Notes: generated from the letters alone by a model not told the origin. Positions 51,398 to 64,000 are shown, counted from the stretch's first letter. The stretch is DNA of 64,000 nucleotides from Lytechinus pictus (GCF_037042905.1 NC_087251.1:22136001-22200000), one strand, 5' to 3'. Numbers and translations: made by a program.

Positions 51398-54300
51398 TGG
51401 AGGGTTGGAACCTTTTCAAGTTCATGCTTCAAACTAAAGAAATATAGCAAAATATTCATTTGCACAAAAAATATCTAAATATGACTGCCGACATAGCTGA
51501 TTTGCAAATTTGACAAATTGATGGCTACTAAACAAATCTCAAATATCTTAAGACATTATAAGCATGGGGTGATATCATACCATTCTTAGTTTATTCTGCA
51601 GCATTTCATTCTCTGCTATCATCTCTGCTTTCTCATCCTCATATTCTGTCTTGACTTGATCCATCTTCTCCTCATACTCATTGGTCACCTCCTTCTGCAG
51701 AACACAGAGAGAAAAGAGATAAGAGTTTTGTTAGCTGTGCACAAGGCAAATGTTTGCTCAATAACTCAAGTGTGCTTTATAAAAATCCTGGATAAAAACA
51801 TCATGGTCTAGCAGTTTTAACCCTCACCTTACAATAACAGGATTGTGGGTTCAAGTCCAAGTGACAGCGTTAAGTTCCATGCTGCACTTGACCCAGGTGA
51901 GGTAAATGGGTACCAGCAGGAAGGAAAGGGCTTTGCATGCCTAAATTGGTAACGTAGCTTTGGTGCTCAAGGAGTTCCTTTAGCATCAAACCAGGTGGAT
52001 GTGTACTAAATATAAATATCCTATATCATCGTTTAAGCCTAAAGTTATTTTGTGAAATTGGGTTAATAGGATGAGAATCAATTCAAGAGGGCACAGTGAA
52101 CTATGGAATCTCACCTTTACATCTCTCTGGACCTCAACCCTGACAGCCATCTCCATCATGTTTCTCTCCCTCTCGGCCTCCTTCATAGCTTGCTGCAGCT
52201 CCTGCTCATGTCGTAGCTTCAATTTAGCATTCTCCTCCTCCCATCGCTCCTTGTCTGTCTTCATACGCTCCTCCAGTCTCCTTTTCTCCTTCTCCAGCTT
52301 CTCCTCCAGTTTATTCTTCTCTTTCTGGAGTTTATCAATAGCCTAACAAAAGGGCAGGAATGAATAAGTTTATATGTAAAACAGTCAGAAAACATGTCAT
52401 TCTTCTCATAAAAAAAAATTGTTAATGATTTTGTGTAATAATAACATGAGAAGAAATTTCAAGTTTAATTATATGAGTAGAGAAAATTTTGCTTTACTAC
52501 ATCTTGACCCAAACTGAACAAGAAACATATTAACATGATTCAACAAGACAACACTAGACAATATAGATGATTTGAATTAAAAATTAAATCATGGGTAACA
52601 AGCATTAAATGAGTTTCTCTGTAATTAAAATTAGAAATATTTCTAGACCTAACCCGATTCAAAATGCAAAATCCAATGATATATTACCTTTGCATGCTGT
52701 TTCTTCAGATCCTCTATGGATTCTTCATTCATCCTCATAAGATCATCAATCTCTTTACGATGTTTATCTGCCATCTTATTCCTATCAGCCTTGAATCTCT
52801 CCTCAGCTTCATTCCTCTCCCTCTGATGCTTCTCAATCATTTCATCTGTCTCCCTCTGGAAGTGTTCTAGGAGTTCAGACTTCTCTCCACTGACAGCATC
52901 CGAGAGTTCATACTTCTCCTTGTCAAACTCGTCCTGCATCTCCTGTCGCTCCTTTTGAAGCTGGAGACTCAGAGCCTCCTTCTCCACCTCCAGCTTCTCC
53001 AGGAAGTCATTCTCAGTCACCTGCTTGTGCTGGTCCAACAGGAGAATGAAATCCTCTTTGAGCTGGCCTTTCAACCCCACTTCTCCATCATCAAGGATGG
53101 AATCCAGCTCATTCTGTTTCTCCCGGAGCTGTCGACGGAGATCCTCCCTCGCCTCCTCGAATTTGGACTCCAGATCTTCTTTCTCTTCAAGGTGCTGAAC
53201 TTCTAGCTCCATCTTGAGATTCCTGAGCTTGGACTCACCATCTTCCCTGACCTGCTGGATCTCAGAGACAAGCTTAGATTTATCATTTGTAAGAGCGCCC
53301 TCTAGAGACAACCTTTCTTCATCAAACTTTGCTGCCTGTTCTGCAAGTCTACCATTCAGCTCATCAGCAAATTCATTCTTGAGAGTTTCCTCAAGTTCTG
53401 TTTTCATGATCTCAAAGGCTTGCTCTAGGGCAGCCTTCTCTCCTTCAAACTCTTCCATCAGTTGAGCCTTCTCCTCCTCAAACTGCATAGCAAGCGATAC
53501 CTTCTCCTCTTCGGAATCCTTCTCTTTCTCCTCAAGGTCGTTGGCTAACTTGGCACTCTCCTGCTCAAACCTTTCCTCCATCTCCCTCATCTCCTGTCTG
53601 TAACGTTTCTCAATCTCCTTGATTTCCGTCTCAAAGGTTTCCTTAGTTTCTTCCATTTCTTCAAGATGTTGCTCTTTCAGAGACTCAATCTTGGCTTCAA
53701 GCTTGGCTTCTGCACAAAAAACATAGGAAAAAGTGAAAGAAGCAACAAAAATCAAAATACTATTCTGACTATATATGTGGACTTTATAACATGTGCTTTC
53801 TATAGTGATACATATATCATGCTCAGGAGCAAAATTTATGATACTGTATTTGTAGAAAACATTCACAGATATGTCATATAGATAAGCTATGTATATTTGT
53901 TTAATGAAGTAAAACTTATGTAAAATGAAATTAAAATAGAAACCATAGCAAAATGAAAGTGTATGAGGTTCCTATGATTTGCATGAGATGAAGATCTGTC
54001 TGTTTTTATCAAATCTTTTACTTTGATATTTAACTTACTCTCTTCTTCAAGTCGTTTCTGTATCTCTCCGCTAAGTTCATCTTCTTCTTCTTCCTCCGGG
54101 ATACCGCTGACCTGAGGAAGACGTCTCTTAGATTTGGGATCCAACTCATCAAGCTCAGAATCATCATTATCTGAAATGGAAGAAAGGAATTACTTGATCA
54201 CAAATATATGCAATATGATTTAACGTAAATTCCAGCTTTGGTATCAATCTCAAAGTATGATTGATCAGAATCCATCAAAATAACTACCAACATGTTTTTT

Positions 54301-57300
54301 ATGTATAATATATGTGTATTGCTGAGAAATGAGCAAAGTATATAATGTCATTCGAGCCAGATGACGGTTCTTGTTCCGCCCAATAACAATGCACATTCCC
54401 ACATTCTTATCTGTGTCGGAGATTTGTATACAATGTGCTTGCTTTTCAGCTTAGATTTCATTATTTTGTAACTCAGCCCATATTTTAAACTCGGGTTTAA
54501 TATAAATTCTGATCATAAGTTGTGGTTTAATTAGTTGTCATCAGCAAGACCATCACGATCATCCTCATCCTCCTCCTCAAAATCACCATCCTGACAACCA
54601 TCATCCTCACCACTGCCACCACCACACCCATCCTCCCCTCCATCACTAACCTGATGAGGAGTTAAGGTTCCTTTTAACCACCGATGGTTTATTGGTATAG
54701 TCTGAGAGGACTGAGCCTCCGCGTCGAGGTCCACCCTGTAACTTGCTTCCTTTCCTCCTCACTTTCCTCTCTGATGCTTGATGCTTCAAGAGCTCATTCT
54801 CTTGACTTGTCTCATCCAATTGATCTTGCAATGTCTACAGGGAATACACAAGATATACATCACATTCAATTTCTTCATCTTGCATTAGTACTTCAGGCTA
54901 ACAGGAAGGAATGGGTAACTACAAGATTATTATTGAATATTTACAAGGCATAATTATTACCCCCCCCAAAAAAAAAAAAATAGACGCTCAGGTAACGTTT
55001 GAGAATAGAATTAAGTAAGGTGGTAAATGTGGTTATTTATCCGAAGAATATTTCAAAAAGTCAAATGCATTGATATTTCATAAGAAAATTGACAATTTGA
55101 ACACAGCAGAGAGGATCATCACCTCCTCCTCCTTCTTCTTCTCCTTCTTCTTCATTATCATCATCATTACAAATACTTGTGTTCAGAAAACTAAGATTTC
55201 CCTCTGAAGTGACTCAAGACTGAAACTCACCCGCATGTGTTCCTGCATATCTCTGAGGCTCTGCTCATAGTAAACCTCCTGCTGCTTGGAAACACCATCT
55301 CTGCTAGTTTCCAATTCAGCCAACTAAAGAAAAGAAGCGATAGGTGTTCATACCTAGTCTTGATACCAAACATTTCAAAAGTACAATGCAATTCTCTTCA
55401 GTACTAAAATATTGACTCCATAAAAGCAACATACATAAGATTTCTGACATTGCAATCATATCTACAGTAAAATAATCTATTGATGTATTTATCACATGTT
55501 CATGAATACTAGTTGTAACAGATCATAGTTTTCTTATGAGATTTTGTTGGTGATATGCACCCCTCCCCACCAAAAATAATCACTGTCAATCCACAAGGAT
55601 CATAACAATAGGTATCTCCTCAGTGTGAGGGGGAGGGGTGGTCAAGAGATTACTGGGTGATTTCAAGTTCAGTGTTCGTGTTGGAAGCACAATAAAAATC
55701 TGAGTTTAAGTGATACTTGTCCAAAAACCAGTCTTAGTTTTAATTTCAGTACTGCGCCGATGTAAAAACACCCCACCATCAACATCTCAAAGGTCTTCAC
55801 CAAACTTGAAATCACCCACTGAGATAATAAAAAATCTAACTCATCACATTCTTCTGGAAGGAATTTGATCCTCACCCTTTCCTCAAGCTCTGAGAATCCA
55901 TCAAGATCTCTCTGCTGCTTGGTTATTGTCTTCTCGTACTCTAATAGCTTCTCCATAGCATCATTCAGATCCTGCTCAATGCGATTATTATCCTGTGTTC
56001 AAAATAGATGGTTGATAAAAAAAAATATTACATTAGAACCTGCATATAAAGACTGACAAATGGAGACAAGAAATGCCGTCTATAGGAGATGGCGCACTTC
56101 CACAAGTTCCTGTAATACACATCTGAATGGGGTAACAGGTGGTTTCTTTAGAGTAGTTTGACTGTAATAAAAATTTGTAAACTGCAAAGATAGTAAACTT
56201 CTAAGAAGCTGAAATACAAGAAACATTAGGCTATGAGGAGATTTTTTTTTTAAATCATAAATTACATTAAATCATTTAGCTTCAATACACTGTGATGAGA
56301 CCAAATACTATAGATAACAATCAGTGACAGAACTGCAGTTGACAAATGGGTTGTGCATTAAAACACATTTAAACAGATAATACAAAATAATAATTTGGTT
56401 TTGATAAATTATATCTATATGGTAACTTCAATGCAGCAGAGGAAAGGAGGGAAAGAGGATACATTGAGTTAGAATGCCTTACCTCTACAATGTTCTGTAA
56501 TCTTTCTTTTGAGAGTGCTTCATCTCCTCTGAGTTGTTCCATCTCATCCAGTAGCTTAGTGGTCTGATTAGTGGCTTGCGATGAGATCATCTCTCGTTCT
56601 TTCTCTATCTCAGCTTGAAGTGAGTTGATCTTCTCCTGGTATTTCCTCTCCATATCTCTGTAGGAAGGAAATGAGAGGATTTTGTGTCATCAAAACTTGA
56701 ACATGCTTGGAGAACCTGCACGGGTCTAAATTTGTAAAGTTGGCAGTAACAATGAATTTTCCTTCTTCTCGAATCAATGAAGATCCAATACCTCAATACG
56801 ACTGCCCCGCCCCCACAAAATACTTGATCAGAAATACAATTTATCAGTTCTTACAAGTTCTTACATACTAAAGATAAATAAAAACAAAGATGTTCTGGTC
56901 TTACAAAATACATGCTCATTTAAATCCATGACTTGGGTGTACCAAAATCCAATTGCAAAATTGTTAATCAAATTTCCTGTTCATTCATTGAAACTAACTT
57001 ACCTCAATTTGGTTTCATTAGTTTTCTCAATGTTGGCATGACGATCATCAATCTCCTGGACAAGGCTTGAGTTCTGTCTGTTTGCTTCAGCAATATCCAT
57101 CTTGAGTTTGTCTCGCTCTGTTGTTAGTTGATCGTTTAAAGACCTAGAATGGGGAGAAAGGAAAATGGGGAAATGTTTAATATTCATACCCAGTTGAATA
57201 TTAATTGTTCATCAACAAGTGAATGTAAAGTAAACAAAATGAGCCATTTTCACTCCAACAATGTGTTATGAAAAGTCATGCGATGTTGCTAGATCAAATG

Positions 57301-60300
57301 TATAACATATGGATAAAATGGCAAGATAAACCTGCATCCATGAGTCAAAATGGAGTAATGCTGATTCTCCCTTGAGCTGCCGGAGTTTGAGTGCATAGAA
57401 ATCCTCAAATCTTTTATCTTTACATAATTTTTAATTCATAATGGGATTTGTCAATGGTTATATATCATCAATCACTGCTGAGAGGATGGAGGTCTGTATT
57501 GGGTTTGGTGCTACTTTTGAAGCTAGCGGTGGAAGGGATTAACATACTCAAATGTAGAGTGTTTGGTCAATGACTAGCAAGAGAAGAATTCAATAGAAAG
57601 TGGAGAGAGAGAGGGAGAATGAGAAAGAAAGTGGAATAGAGGACTAGGAGTCACACAATTTGCATAAGAGGAGAGAGTGAATTAAAGAAAGATGAGAGAA
57701 AAGAGGGACAGGAAGTAATTGAAACACATTGCCACCTGCCGGTCTGATAATACATGACATTGATAATTCCTTCCACACAGAAAACCCACAGTATGCAGGT
57801 GAGAGTTATTGATTACAGACTGACCTACAGGAAGAGGCATTCATTTATGGGTAACAAATAGAGTGTTTATACCCATCCATCAAAGGTACCAGGAGAAGCT
57901 ATGAGCACAATACGACAGGTGATTTTATAGGTTTTCATTTTAAGCATTCTTTTTTTTCCTCTCTCTACCTGTCTCTCACTTTCTCTTACTGTTTTTATCA
58001 CTTCCCCCTCTCCCCCTTTCTTTATCCTCATTGTCTCATTGTATATTTTGCTAGGAGGGGGGGCTGAAATCTTTGGGTTTGAATTGCATGATTGAAATCC
58101 TTTTAATTCATTTCATATGAAATAGTAAAGTTAATTTATGCAATACATTAGAATTCTGCAGTAAATCTTTGAATAAAACTCTTAAACTGTTAACCTTTGA
58201 TTTAGAAACTCTTTGAGGGATTCGGATCAAATGTAAGTTAACAAAAATCAGTAGCCAAATTTCATTTGCTATGTATTTTACTGTTTTTAATATTCTGTAA
58301 GTGTATTTCTTTGGTTTTTTTACTGTATCTTTTTTTCTCAATGGAAATCATCGGTGAGCACAACTCAAATCATAAACAATACAAACTTGCTCAAAAAAGT
58401 AATCAAATTTTGCATTTGATTACTTTTTTGAGCAAGTTTGGGTATGATGTGCTCTTTCAAAGTGTTGCATGTAATTCATGTAACTTCATAATCTGGCCTC
58501 TAATGTTGCAAGACATAACAAAATATGACATGAAACTACTTTTGTGCACCTCAAGTGTAAATATAAGGATATAAGTGTGCTTAAAATATATTACATAAAT
58601 TTCATCATTATTAACTGTACAGTGAATGATGATGATAATCATAACAATAGTACTCAGGATTTATAAAGAAAATGTTAAGTAAATCTCATACCTGAGGTAT
58701 TTGAGTTCACTTTGGTATGAGGTAAGAGCGGCCTGGTAGACACCATTATTCTCTCCCGCTGTCATAAGAATGTTATCTAGAGCCATAGACAGACCTTCTA
58801 GATTGATCCTACCACTCACATCTGGGTATATATCCAGGGCCTGCAAAGAATACAAATTCAATTTAGTTTATGGTTCAAATGGAACTAACCAATTTGATGC
58901 AAGTACTTTATCATCATACCATTCTTTGAAAGTGATAGAGTGAAGAGAATTACAGCCAGTAGAGCACTCACAAGTAAATCTCAGTTGCAGATGCAGGAGT
59001 GGCACATCGAGGCAAAATTCAGCAGATATGATTGTGCCTAAATCTTGATGTTTTCTATCTTATCTCAACAATTTGTATACCTGTGACCGAAATTAAAAGC
59101 AAATAATTGGTGATATTTGGCAACATTTGTGTCCACGTTTCACGGGATAGGAGCTTATACTTTCAAGGTTATTAGAAAAGTAAAAAAAGTAGTTAACTAT
59201 TTGATGTTGATGCCACCATTGCCTCCTCTGTTGCCCTTGGAAAAATTACCCCTAGGTCTTGCTTCTGCTATGCAAGGAAGAAAAACACTACCCAGCTGTC
59301 AAATTTAAAATGGACCAGTTCAGGGGCAACTGACTTTAAAATCACAGATATCTTTCTTATTTACATACAATCCAAATAACAATACAATAATTATCAGAAA
59401 ATTGAGTGATAGCACTGAACAATATAATTCTAAAAAGACTTCTATTTCTGAGTACCATTTCATAAAGACTTGTTATGACAACAAATGCACAATTTCTATA
59501 ACAAATTTACGTTCAGCCAATCAGACTGAAAGGATTTCAGTAGCTTTTAACTGCGACTGCAAATTTGTTATTACAACAAAGTTTATGAAACAGGCCTTGG
59601 CTATGGATGATGGCTTACCTCTAGCACTTCTTGAGGGTTGTAGATACCTTGTTCCATCAACTGCTCACTTACAGCATCCATTGTAGTGAAACTGAAAGAT
59701 ATAAAAAAAAATATGCAAATGAGTACCATTTCAATCAATCAAGTTTGGTAGTATTCCTGGGATCGACTGACTCATTACCTTCAGTGGCTTTGAACCTGTA
59801 TTGAATTAATTATGTCTTGTATTTCATGGAGACCAGTGTCTGTTTGTGTAGAATAAATACATGTTCTCCTGGGTCTCCCCCTTTTCGCCATTCCATGGAG
59901 AGGTTCCATCAAAAGAAGAGAGTGAAGTGTCAGCTCAGGATGACATTGTGCATGTCCTGCAAGTTTTAGTCTTTTCTTTGTTACTTCTGAGCTGACCTTT
60001 GGAAGATTGCTGTAAAACTCCGAATTTGACATGTGTGACACTATTATGAAATACATTAATTAGATTAAAAAGAAAACTTTTGAAACAGGATTGGTAACTA
60101 ATAGATTTTCATAATTAAAAATCTTAACCATAAAATAGAGTCCTGTCTACTCACCCAGCATTATTAGCATCCAGCACACTGAAGAGCTTTGTGATCGGTT
60201 GAGCCATGAGCAATGAAGGGGTGGCTGTCCTGTACATGGGCTCATCCATGGCACTTACTTGCATTCTTCTCTTAGCTGCTATCTGGGATGATAGGAGACT

Positions 60301-63300
60301 GGGGGTGGGGGCAAGGGATAGTGGGGTAAGGGGGGCAGGGGTACGGATACCAGCCGTCCTGAAGAGTCCATCCAGGAACTCCTCAAAACCCACCTTCCCG
60401 TCTTCGTCCCGGTCAAGCTTGTTGAACAGATTCTTCAGCTCCTGTAATGGAAAGAAAAAGTAACAGTGAAATGATCCATTGCAGAGTACCATACTGGCAA
60501 GAACCAATCAGATTAACAGACTGTTCCATTAAAGAACTATAGGGGTGATTCATGACTTATTGATATTTCAAAAATTTGAATAATGTAATACCATAAGACT
60601 ATACATTCTCTTCTACAAATATTTGTCAGACAAATATCACAACATATATTATGTCTTCAGCGAGTACATTTCAAAAGTTTGAATAGCTATAATACCATTA
60701 TAAGACTAGAAATACATTCTCTTCTACAAATAATTGTCAGTAAATTATCAAAACATATATTGTGTCTTCAGCTAGAACATTTCAAAGCAGAAGCATGGAT
60801 GGAGTAAAAGAGTTGGTTAAACCCTGGTGAGTTGGACTAGGGTAATTGAAATAACATCTGTTTTATTGCCTTTTCTCAGACCTGCCAACCTCTGGGAATG
60901 AAAAATTGTATTCTATGATAAAAAAAACCTGTATTTTCCCCCAAAAAGTGTATTTCATGATAAAATGCGGGGCGCACGCGCTCATCGCGGCGCTCAAGCT
61001 GCATGCAAGCTAAAATGCGCACTGCTCTTGCAGATGAAAAAAAACAACATTGAAACATGTGTATATCTCACCCTGGTTTTAACAAAATGATTGAAAAAAA
61101 AACAAGTTACCGGAAATTACATTGATCTAATAACCATATTTGTGTAAGTTTTATGAAATAGAGATATATAGAGATGATTTTTCTCAATAAATTACGATTT
61201 TGTAAAAAAAAAAATTAAAAAAAATAATTTGAAGAAAAAACGTACTGTCGTATTTTGATTTCAAAAATATACTAAATACGCCAAAAACGTACTGGTTGGC
61301 AGGTCTGTTTTCTCACTAAACACCCCCCAGCATTTTAAGGCAAGATTGTTGTTGATTGTGATATAGTGAACCCTCATTTTTAAAACAATTTTAATGAGAA
61401 GCAATATAATGCATACCCCATACTGTTGATTAATTTCAGTTTACTTTTTTGTAAGTATTTTAATTTCATATCATATCGAGAAAAAACCGATAACAGTATT
61501 GACCATACACAGCAAAGAAGGCTTCAATCACATCCACCCTTATCATTTGTTCATGTAAATCTGGCTCATGTAAATTGGTACAGAGTATCAACTGTGGTGA
61601 GTATTTTTTGTGTGTATTACTGCAAATTAGATGACAGAAATTCACATTTTAGGTAAATTCCAAATTTTTAGATCTGCATGATGCTCAATTATACCCTGAT
61701 TACTCATGGCAACACATATCTGTTCATTGAAATTAAATTTGAATCTAATTGTTGTTAGGGCATTTAGAGATTAGGATACCTCACCGTTCTATCCATGTCT
61801 TCCATGCCGATGTGTTCACACACGACGGCTAGTTCGTTGATATCTAAGAAGCCATCCTTGCCTACCCCGACCTCCTCCCAGATAGCCTGTACCTGCTCTG
61901 CCTCTGATTGACCTTGATCATATACACTCATTGATCCATTCATCTGACCTGAGAGATTGGATTATAGAGTATGAACATGGCATGAATCCAAGATTGTGGA
62001 TGGGATAATAGAGTATGAACATGGCATGAATGCAAGATTGTGGGTGGGATAATAGAGTATGAACATGGCATGAATGCAAGATTGTGGATGGGATAATAGA
62101 CTGAACATGACATGAATACAAGATTGTGGATGGGATAATAGAGTATGAACATGGCATGAATGCAAGATTGTGGTATTATGTTGCTGATGTGCTTTAGTCA
62201 TGTTATAAATAAACATAATTAGTTAATACAAGTATGATAAATACAAAAAATTATTTATCAATGAATACATATTTGAAAAGAAATCTATCTATCTGCAAGA
62301 AAGATAAATGTGATTTTCTCTCTTTATATCAACAAAGGGTTATTACATTGGCCGGTAATTCTAAGAGGTTTCAATTGTACCATGGTACAAAACCATGGAC
62401 TATGAGTATTTCTATACATCATTATGCTTATTTCATTGCATACACTATGAAAGGTCTCATTAGAAATGTTTGCTTTGGGCGAAGGACGCCTAATTGAAGC
62501 ACGATAATACAAGAAATCTGCATATTCCATGGTTTTGTAGCATGGTGAAAATGAAACCTCTTTTGAGAATACAGCCATTATATTTACTTTTGAATAACCA
62601 CTCTATGTATCATACATTTCTCTCACTATAAAAAAGAAAAAAAAAATAGAATGTGCAACCCCCCCTCCTCCCACCCTGTCGCTGTTTAAAGAAAGAATAA
62701 AATAAATTGTAAGGTTTGAAACCAAACAGGATAATCCTACTCCTAAAAAAAACCACAAAAATAGATCACCAAAATTAAGCTGACATCTACATGAAAGAAA
62801 CATTACCTTCTGCTTCAAACGTCTCATTTTGTGGTGGTTCAGGAGGGTTAGACCGGTGAGATGCTGAATGTGAATGGGACCGTCTATCATCATGTTCAAT
62901 CTCAGGTGCCTAAAAGTATACAAGATGAAGAAAAAAAATATTAGGTATGGTTCTGGTGGGTTAGACCTGTGAGATGCTAAGTGTGAATGGGACCATCTAT
63001 CATCATGTTCAATCTCAGGTGCTAATACAAAAATGAATAAAAAATATCAGAAATATAGTTAAGGGAAGTCACCTTTAATGCTACATTTAAGAAGATATAA
63101 AAAACCGATAAGTTTCTTATTTGTTGTGATCTATAACATGTGACATACATTTGATAGTGCTATGGTACTTTTACCCGAACTGCTATTAAATACAAAACAC
63201 TTGCTAAGTACTGTGAATGACATTTTGCCATATTTGACTTTAAAAAATGACAAAATTTAGGAATATGAACAAAGTATGAAAAAATTACTACACAGGATTT

Positions 63301-63883
63301 TTATGGCTAGAGCATCCATTGATTGATCAAAGTAGCTGGTAGAATTCTGATCCATCCTTTTATATTATTAATGTTGGTATATACAATAAAAAAAATCAGT
63401 ATTACAGCCCAGAATGGTTAACATGATTCCGTTAAGATAGCTACATAACCATCATTGACCCTACAACGTTAAGTATCACTGGGATTATTTTAATCTTACA
63501 ATCATTTATCATATAACAAACGAAAATGTATCTTTAACTCTCGTCTGCTCAAATATATGGCATGATTTTTTTACAGCTCTGCATTGAAAGTTGTAGGCCT
63601 AACTCTATGATGCAGATCCTCTGCCATTGGCTCTACATACATTGACTCACCTCAACGTTTTCCTCTACATAAGACTTGGACTTTCTATTAGCACTCTGTT
63701 CACTACTCTCGTGATAAGACTGCATCGGACCAAGCTCTTCAGCCAAGGACTTGGGCTCATTACTGATCAGATCATCGTCCACTTCAGAGAAGTCTGCCGT
63801 CACATCAAAGTCTATATGAGATCTTCTGCCATATCGCCTCCCATCCTTCACATACTTGGGAGATACTTCATCAATCAGGTCAG
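46111..63883 (-). CDS. NIN/NINL: Ninein / ninein-like EF-hand coiled-coil centrosomal protein; 5'-partial, 20 exons in window (~1330 aa visible)
   Basis: Exons 63883-63651, 62909-62807, 61948-61785, 60441-60155, 59691-59619, 58840-58692, 57143-57003, 56657-56483, 55992-55876, 55323-55231, 54834-54651, 54170-54039, 53709-52688, 52342-52115, 51694-51581, 50884-50801, 48810-48685, 47912-47844, 47218-46895, 46296-46111; phases are consistent. Family motifs PKYVKDGRRYGRRS, FEAEGQ, IWEEVGVG..ELAVVC, EF-hand LFNKLDRDEDGKVGFEEF, QAALTSYQSE, and C-terminal LLKELYVEN..QKTAE. Confidence 0.9.
46895..47218 (-). CDS. NIN/NINL: ninein exon (coiled coil)
   Basis: YINMQMQVSV...MKKLKDQ|gtgagc. The acceptor could also be one of two in-frame CAGs 15 or 21 nt downstream. 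Confidence 0.82.
47844..47912 (-). CDS. NIN/NINL: ninein exon
   Basis: TKLIALETEKSRLKMELEDLNKK. Confidence 0.78.
48685..48810 (-). CDS. NIN/NINL: ninein exon
   Basis: ASYDALSTERDLLKVALSASEEKLK..LE; symmetric phase-0 exon. Confidence 0.75.
50801..50884 (-). CDS. NIN/NINL: ninein exon
   Basis: AEVAKEEAVVAIHMQTQEAALQQARPDR|gtaagt. Confidence 0.75.
51581..51694 (-). CDS. NIN/NINL: ninein exon
   Basis: KEVTNEYEEKMDQVK..LQNKLRM|gtatga. Confidence 0.82.
51803..51985 (+). mobile_element. tRNA-derived SINE remnant
   Basis: A-box-like TGGTCTAGCAG, B-box GGTTCAAGTCC, core ACCCAGGTG..AAATGGGTACC. Confidence 0.6.
52115..52342 (-). CDS. NIN/NINL: ninein exon (coiled coil)
   Basis: AIDKLQKEK...VEVQRDVK|gtgaga. 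Confidence 0.85.
52688..53709 (-). CDS. NIN/NINL: ninein large Glu-rich coiled-coil exon
   Basis: Lies within ORF 52649-53866; tgcag acceptor, AAG|gtaata donor. Confidence 0.9.
54039..54170 (-). CDS. NIN/NINL: ninein exon
   Basis: NDDSELDELDPKSKRRLP..KRLEEE|gtaagt. Confidence 0.82.
54651..54834 (-). CDS. NIN/NINL: ninein exon
   Basis: TLQDQLDETSQENELLK...NSSS. Confidence 0.82.
55231..55323 (-). CDS. NIN/NINL: ninein exon
   Basis: LAELETSRD..EQSLRDMQEHMR|gtgagt. Confidence 0.82.
55876..55992 (-). CDS. NIN/NINL: ninein exon (coiled coil)
   Basis: DNNRIEQDLNDAMEKLLEYEK..LEER. Confidence 0.85.
56483..56657 (-). CDS. NIN/NINL: ninein exon (coiled coil)
   Basis: MERKYQEKINSLQAEIEKERE. Confidence 0.88.
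57003..57143 (-). CDS. NIN/NINL: ninein exon (coiled coil)
   Basis: ERDKLKMDI..LVQEIDDRHANIE. Confidence 0.88.
58692..58840 (-). CDS. NIN/NINL: ninein exon
   Basis: ALDIYPDVSGRINLEGLSMALDN..YQAALTSYQSELKYL. Confidence 0.88.
59450..59597. mobile_element. Degenerate Harbinger-like hairpin MITE
   Basis: tttcataaagacttgttatgacaacaaatgca pairs with tgcaaatttgttattacaacaaagtttatgaaa; central ccaatcag. Confidence 0.6.
59619..59691 (-). CDS. NIN/NINL: ninein exon
   Basis: FTTMDAVSEQLMEQGIYNPQEVLE|gtaagc. Confidence 0.85.
59790..60040 (-). mobile_element. RTE-clade non-LTR retrotransposon 3' fragment
   Basis: Translates HMSNSEFYSNLPKVS..KRLKLAGHAQCH..LLLMEPLHG..KRGRPRRT, typical of the post-RT region of RTE LINEs. 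Confidence 0.75.
60155..60441 (-). CDS. NIN/NINL: ninein exon (EF-hand)
   Basis: ELKNLFNKLDRDEDGKVGFEEFLDGLF. Confidence 0.92.
60587..60787. repeat. Tandem duplication, ~104-bp unit x2
   Basis: atacattctcttctacaaata.ttgtcag..aatatca.aacatatatt.tgtcttcagc occurs twice. Confidence 0.8.
60877..61307. mobile_element. hAT-like MITE
   Basis: Perfect 14-bp TIR CAGACCTGCCAACC / GGTTGGCAGGTCTG; TTTTCT flanks on both sides. Confidence 0.85.
61785..61948 (-). CDS. NIN/NINL: ninein exon (EF-hand)
   Basis: QAIWEEVGVGKDGFLDINELAVVCEHIGM. Confidence 0.9.
61964..62173. repeat. 44-bp minisatellite, ~4.8 copies
   Basis: Unit atagagtatgaacatggcatgaatgcaagattgtggatgggata at 61964, 62008, 62052, 62096, 62138. 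Confidence 0.92.
62807..62909 (-). CDS. NIN/NINL: ninein exon (..NETFEAEG)
   Basis: tttag acceptor, G|gtaatg donor; phase fits. Confidence 0.85.
63651..63883 (-). CDS. NIN/NINL: ninein exon (PKYVKDGRRYGRRS)
   Basis: ctacag acceptor, GAG|gtgagt donor; ninein-family motif. Confidence 0.88.
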
Positions 63884-64000
63884 CTGTAGAAAAGAAAACA
63901 AATAAAAAAAAAACATTATCAAATGCTGATGTTACAAATCAGGAATCAGAAGAAAAAATGTTAAATGTGAATTCAAAACGTATTACAGATGGGAAACAAT

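Noticed and set aside
54531..54650. Acidic Gly/Asp-rich ORF
   Set aside because: Translation of an intronic (CAT/CCT/CAC)n low-complexity tract.
61918..62216. Three overlapping repetitive ORFs
   Set aside because: Translations of the 44-bp minisatellite.

Overview
AT-rich, intron-rich animal genomic DNA. The repeat repertoire suggests an echinoderm such as a sea urchin (inference). Two convergent multi-exon genes fill most of the window. On + is a complete FERM-domain protein tyrosine phosphatase of the PTPN14/PTPN21 (Pez) family: 15 coding exons, 15705-41062, about 1354 aa. On - are the 3' 20 exons of a ninein/ninein-like EF-hand, coiled-coil centrosomal gene (63883-46111; its 5' end lies outside the window). 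All exon phases were checked by hand and join in frame. Introns and the left intergenic region are dense with non-autonomous DNA transposons (TTAA/Kolobok-like, Tc1/mariner-like, Harbinger-like, hAT-like, DINE-1/Helentron-like), plus a SINE and an RTE LINE remnant. The most notable observations are: (1) pervasive TA-NNNN-TA palindromes (TACATGTA, TAGGCCTA, TACCGGTA), which internal repeat comparisons show to be 6-bp insertions resembling transposon excision footprints; (2) a PTP domain whose WPD loop reads WPN; (3) an in-frame duplicated C-terminus behind the ninein stop codon; (4) a Helentron-like element nested in a 3-kb Kolobok-like element, both carrying tandem arrays. No prokaryote-style novel system is supported.
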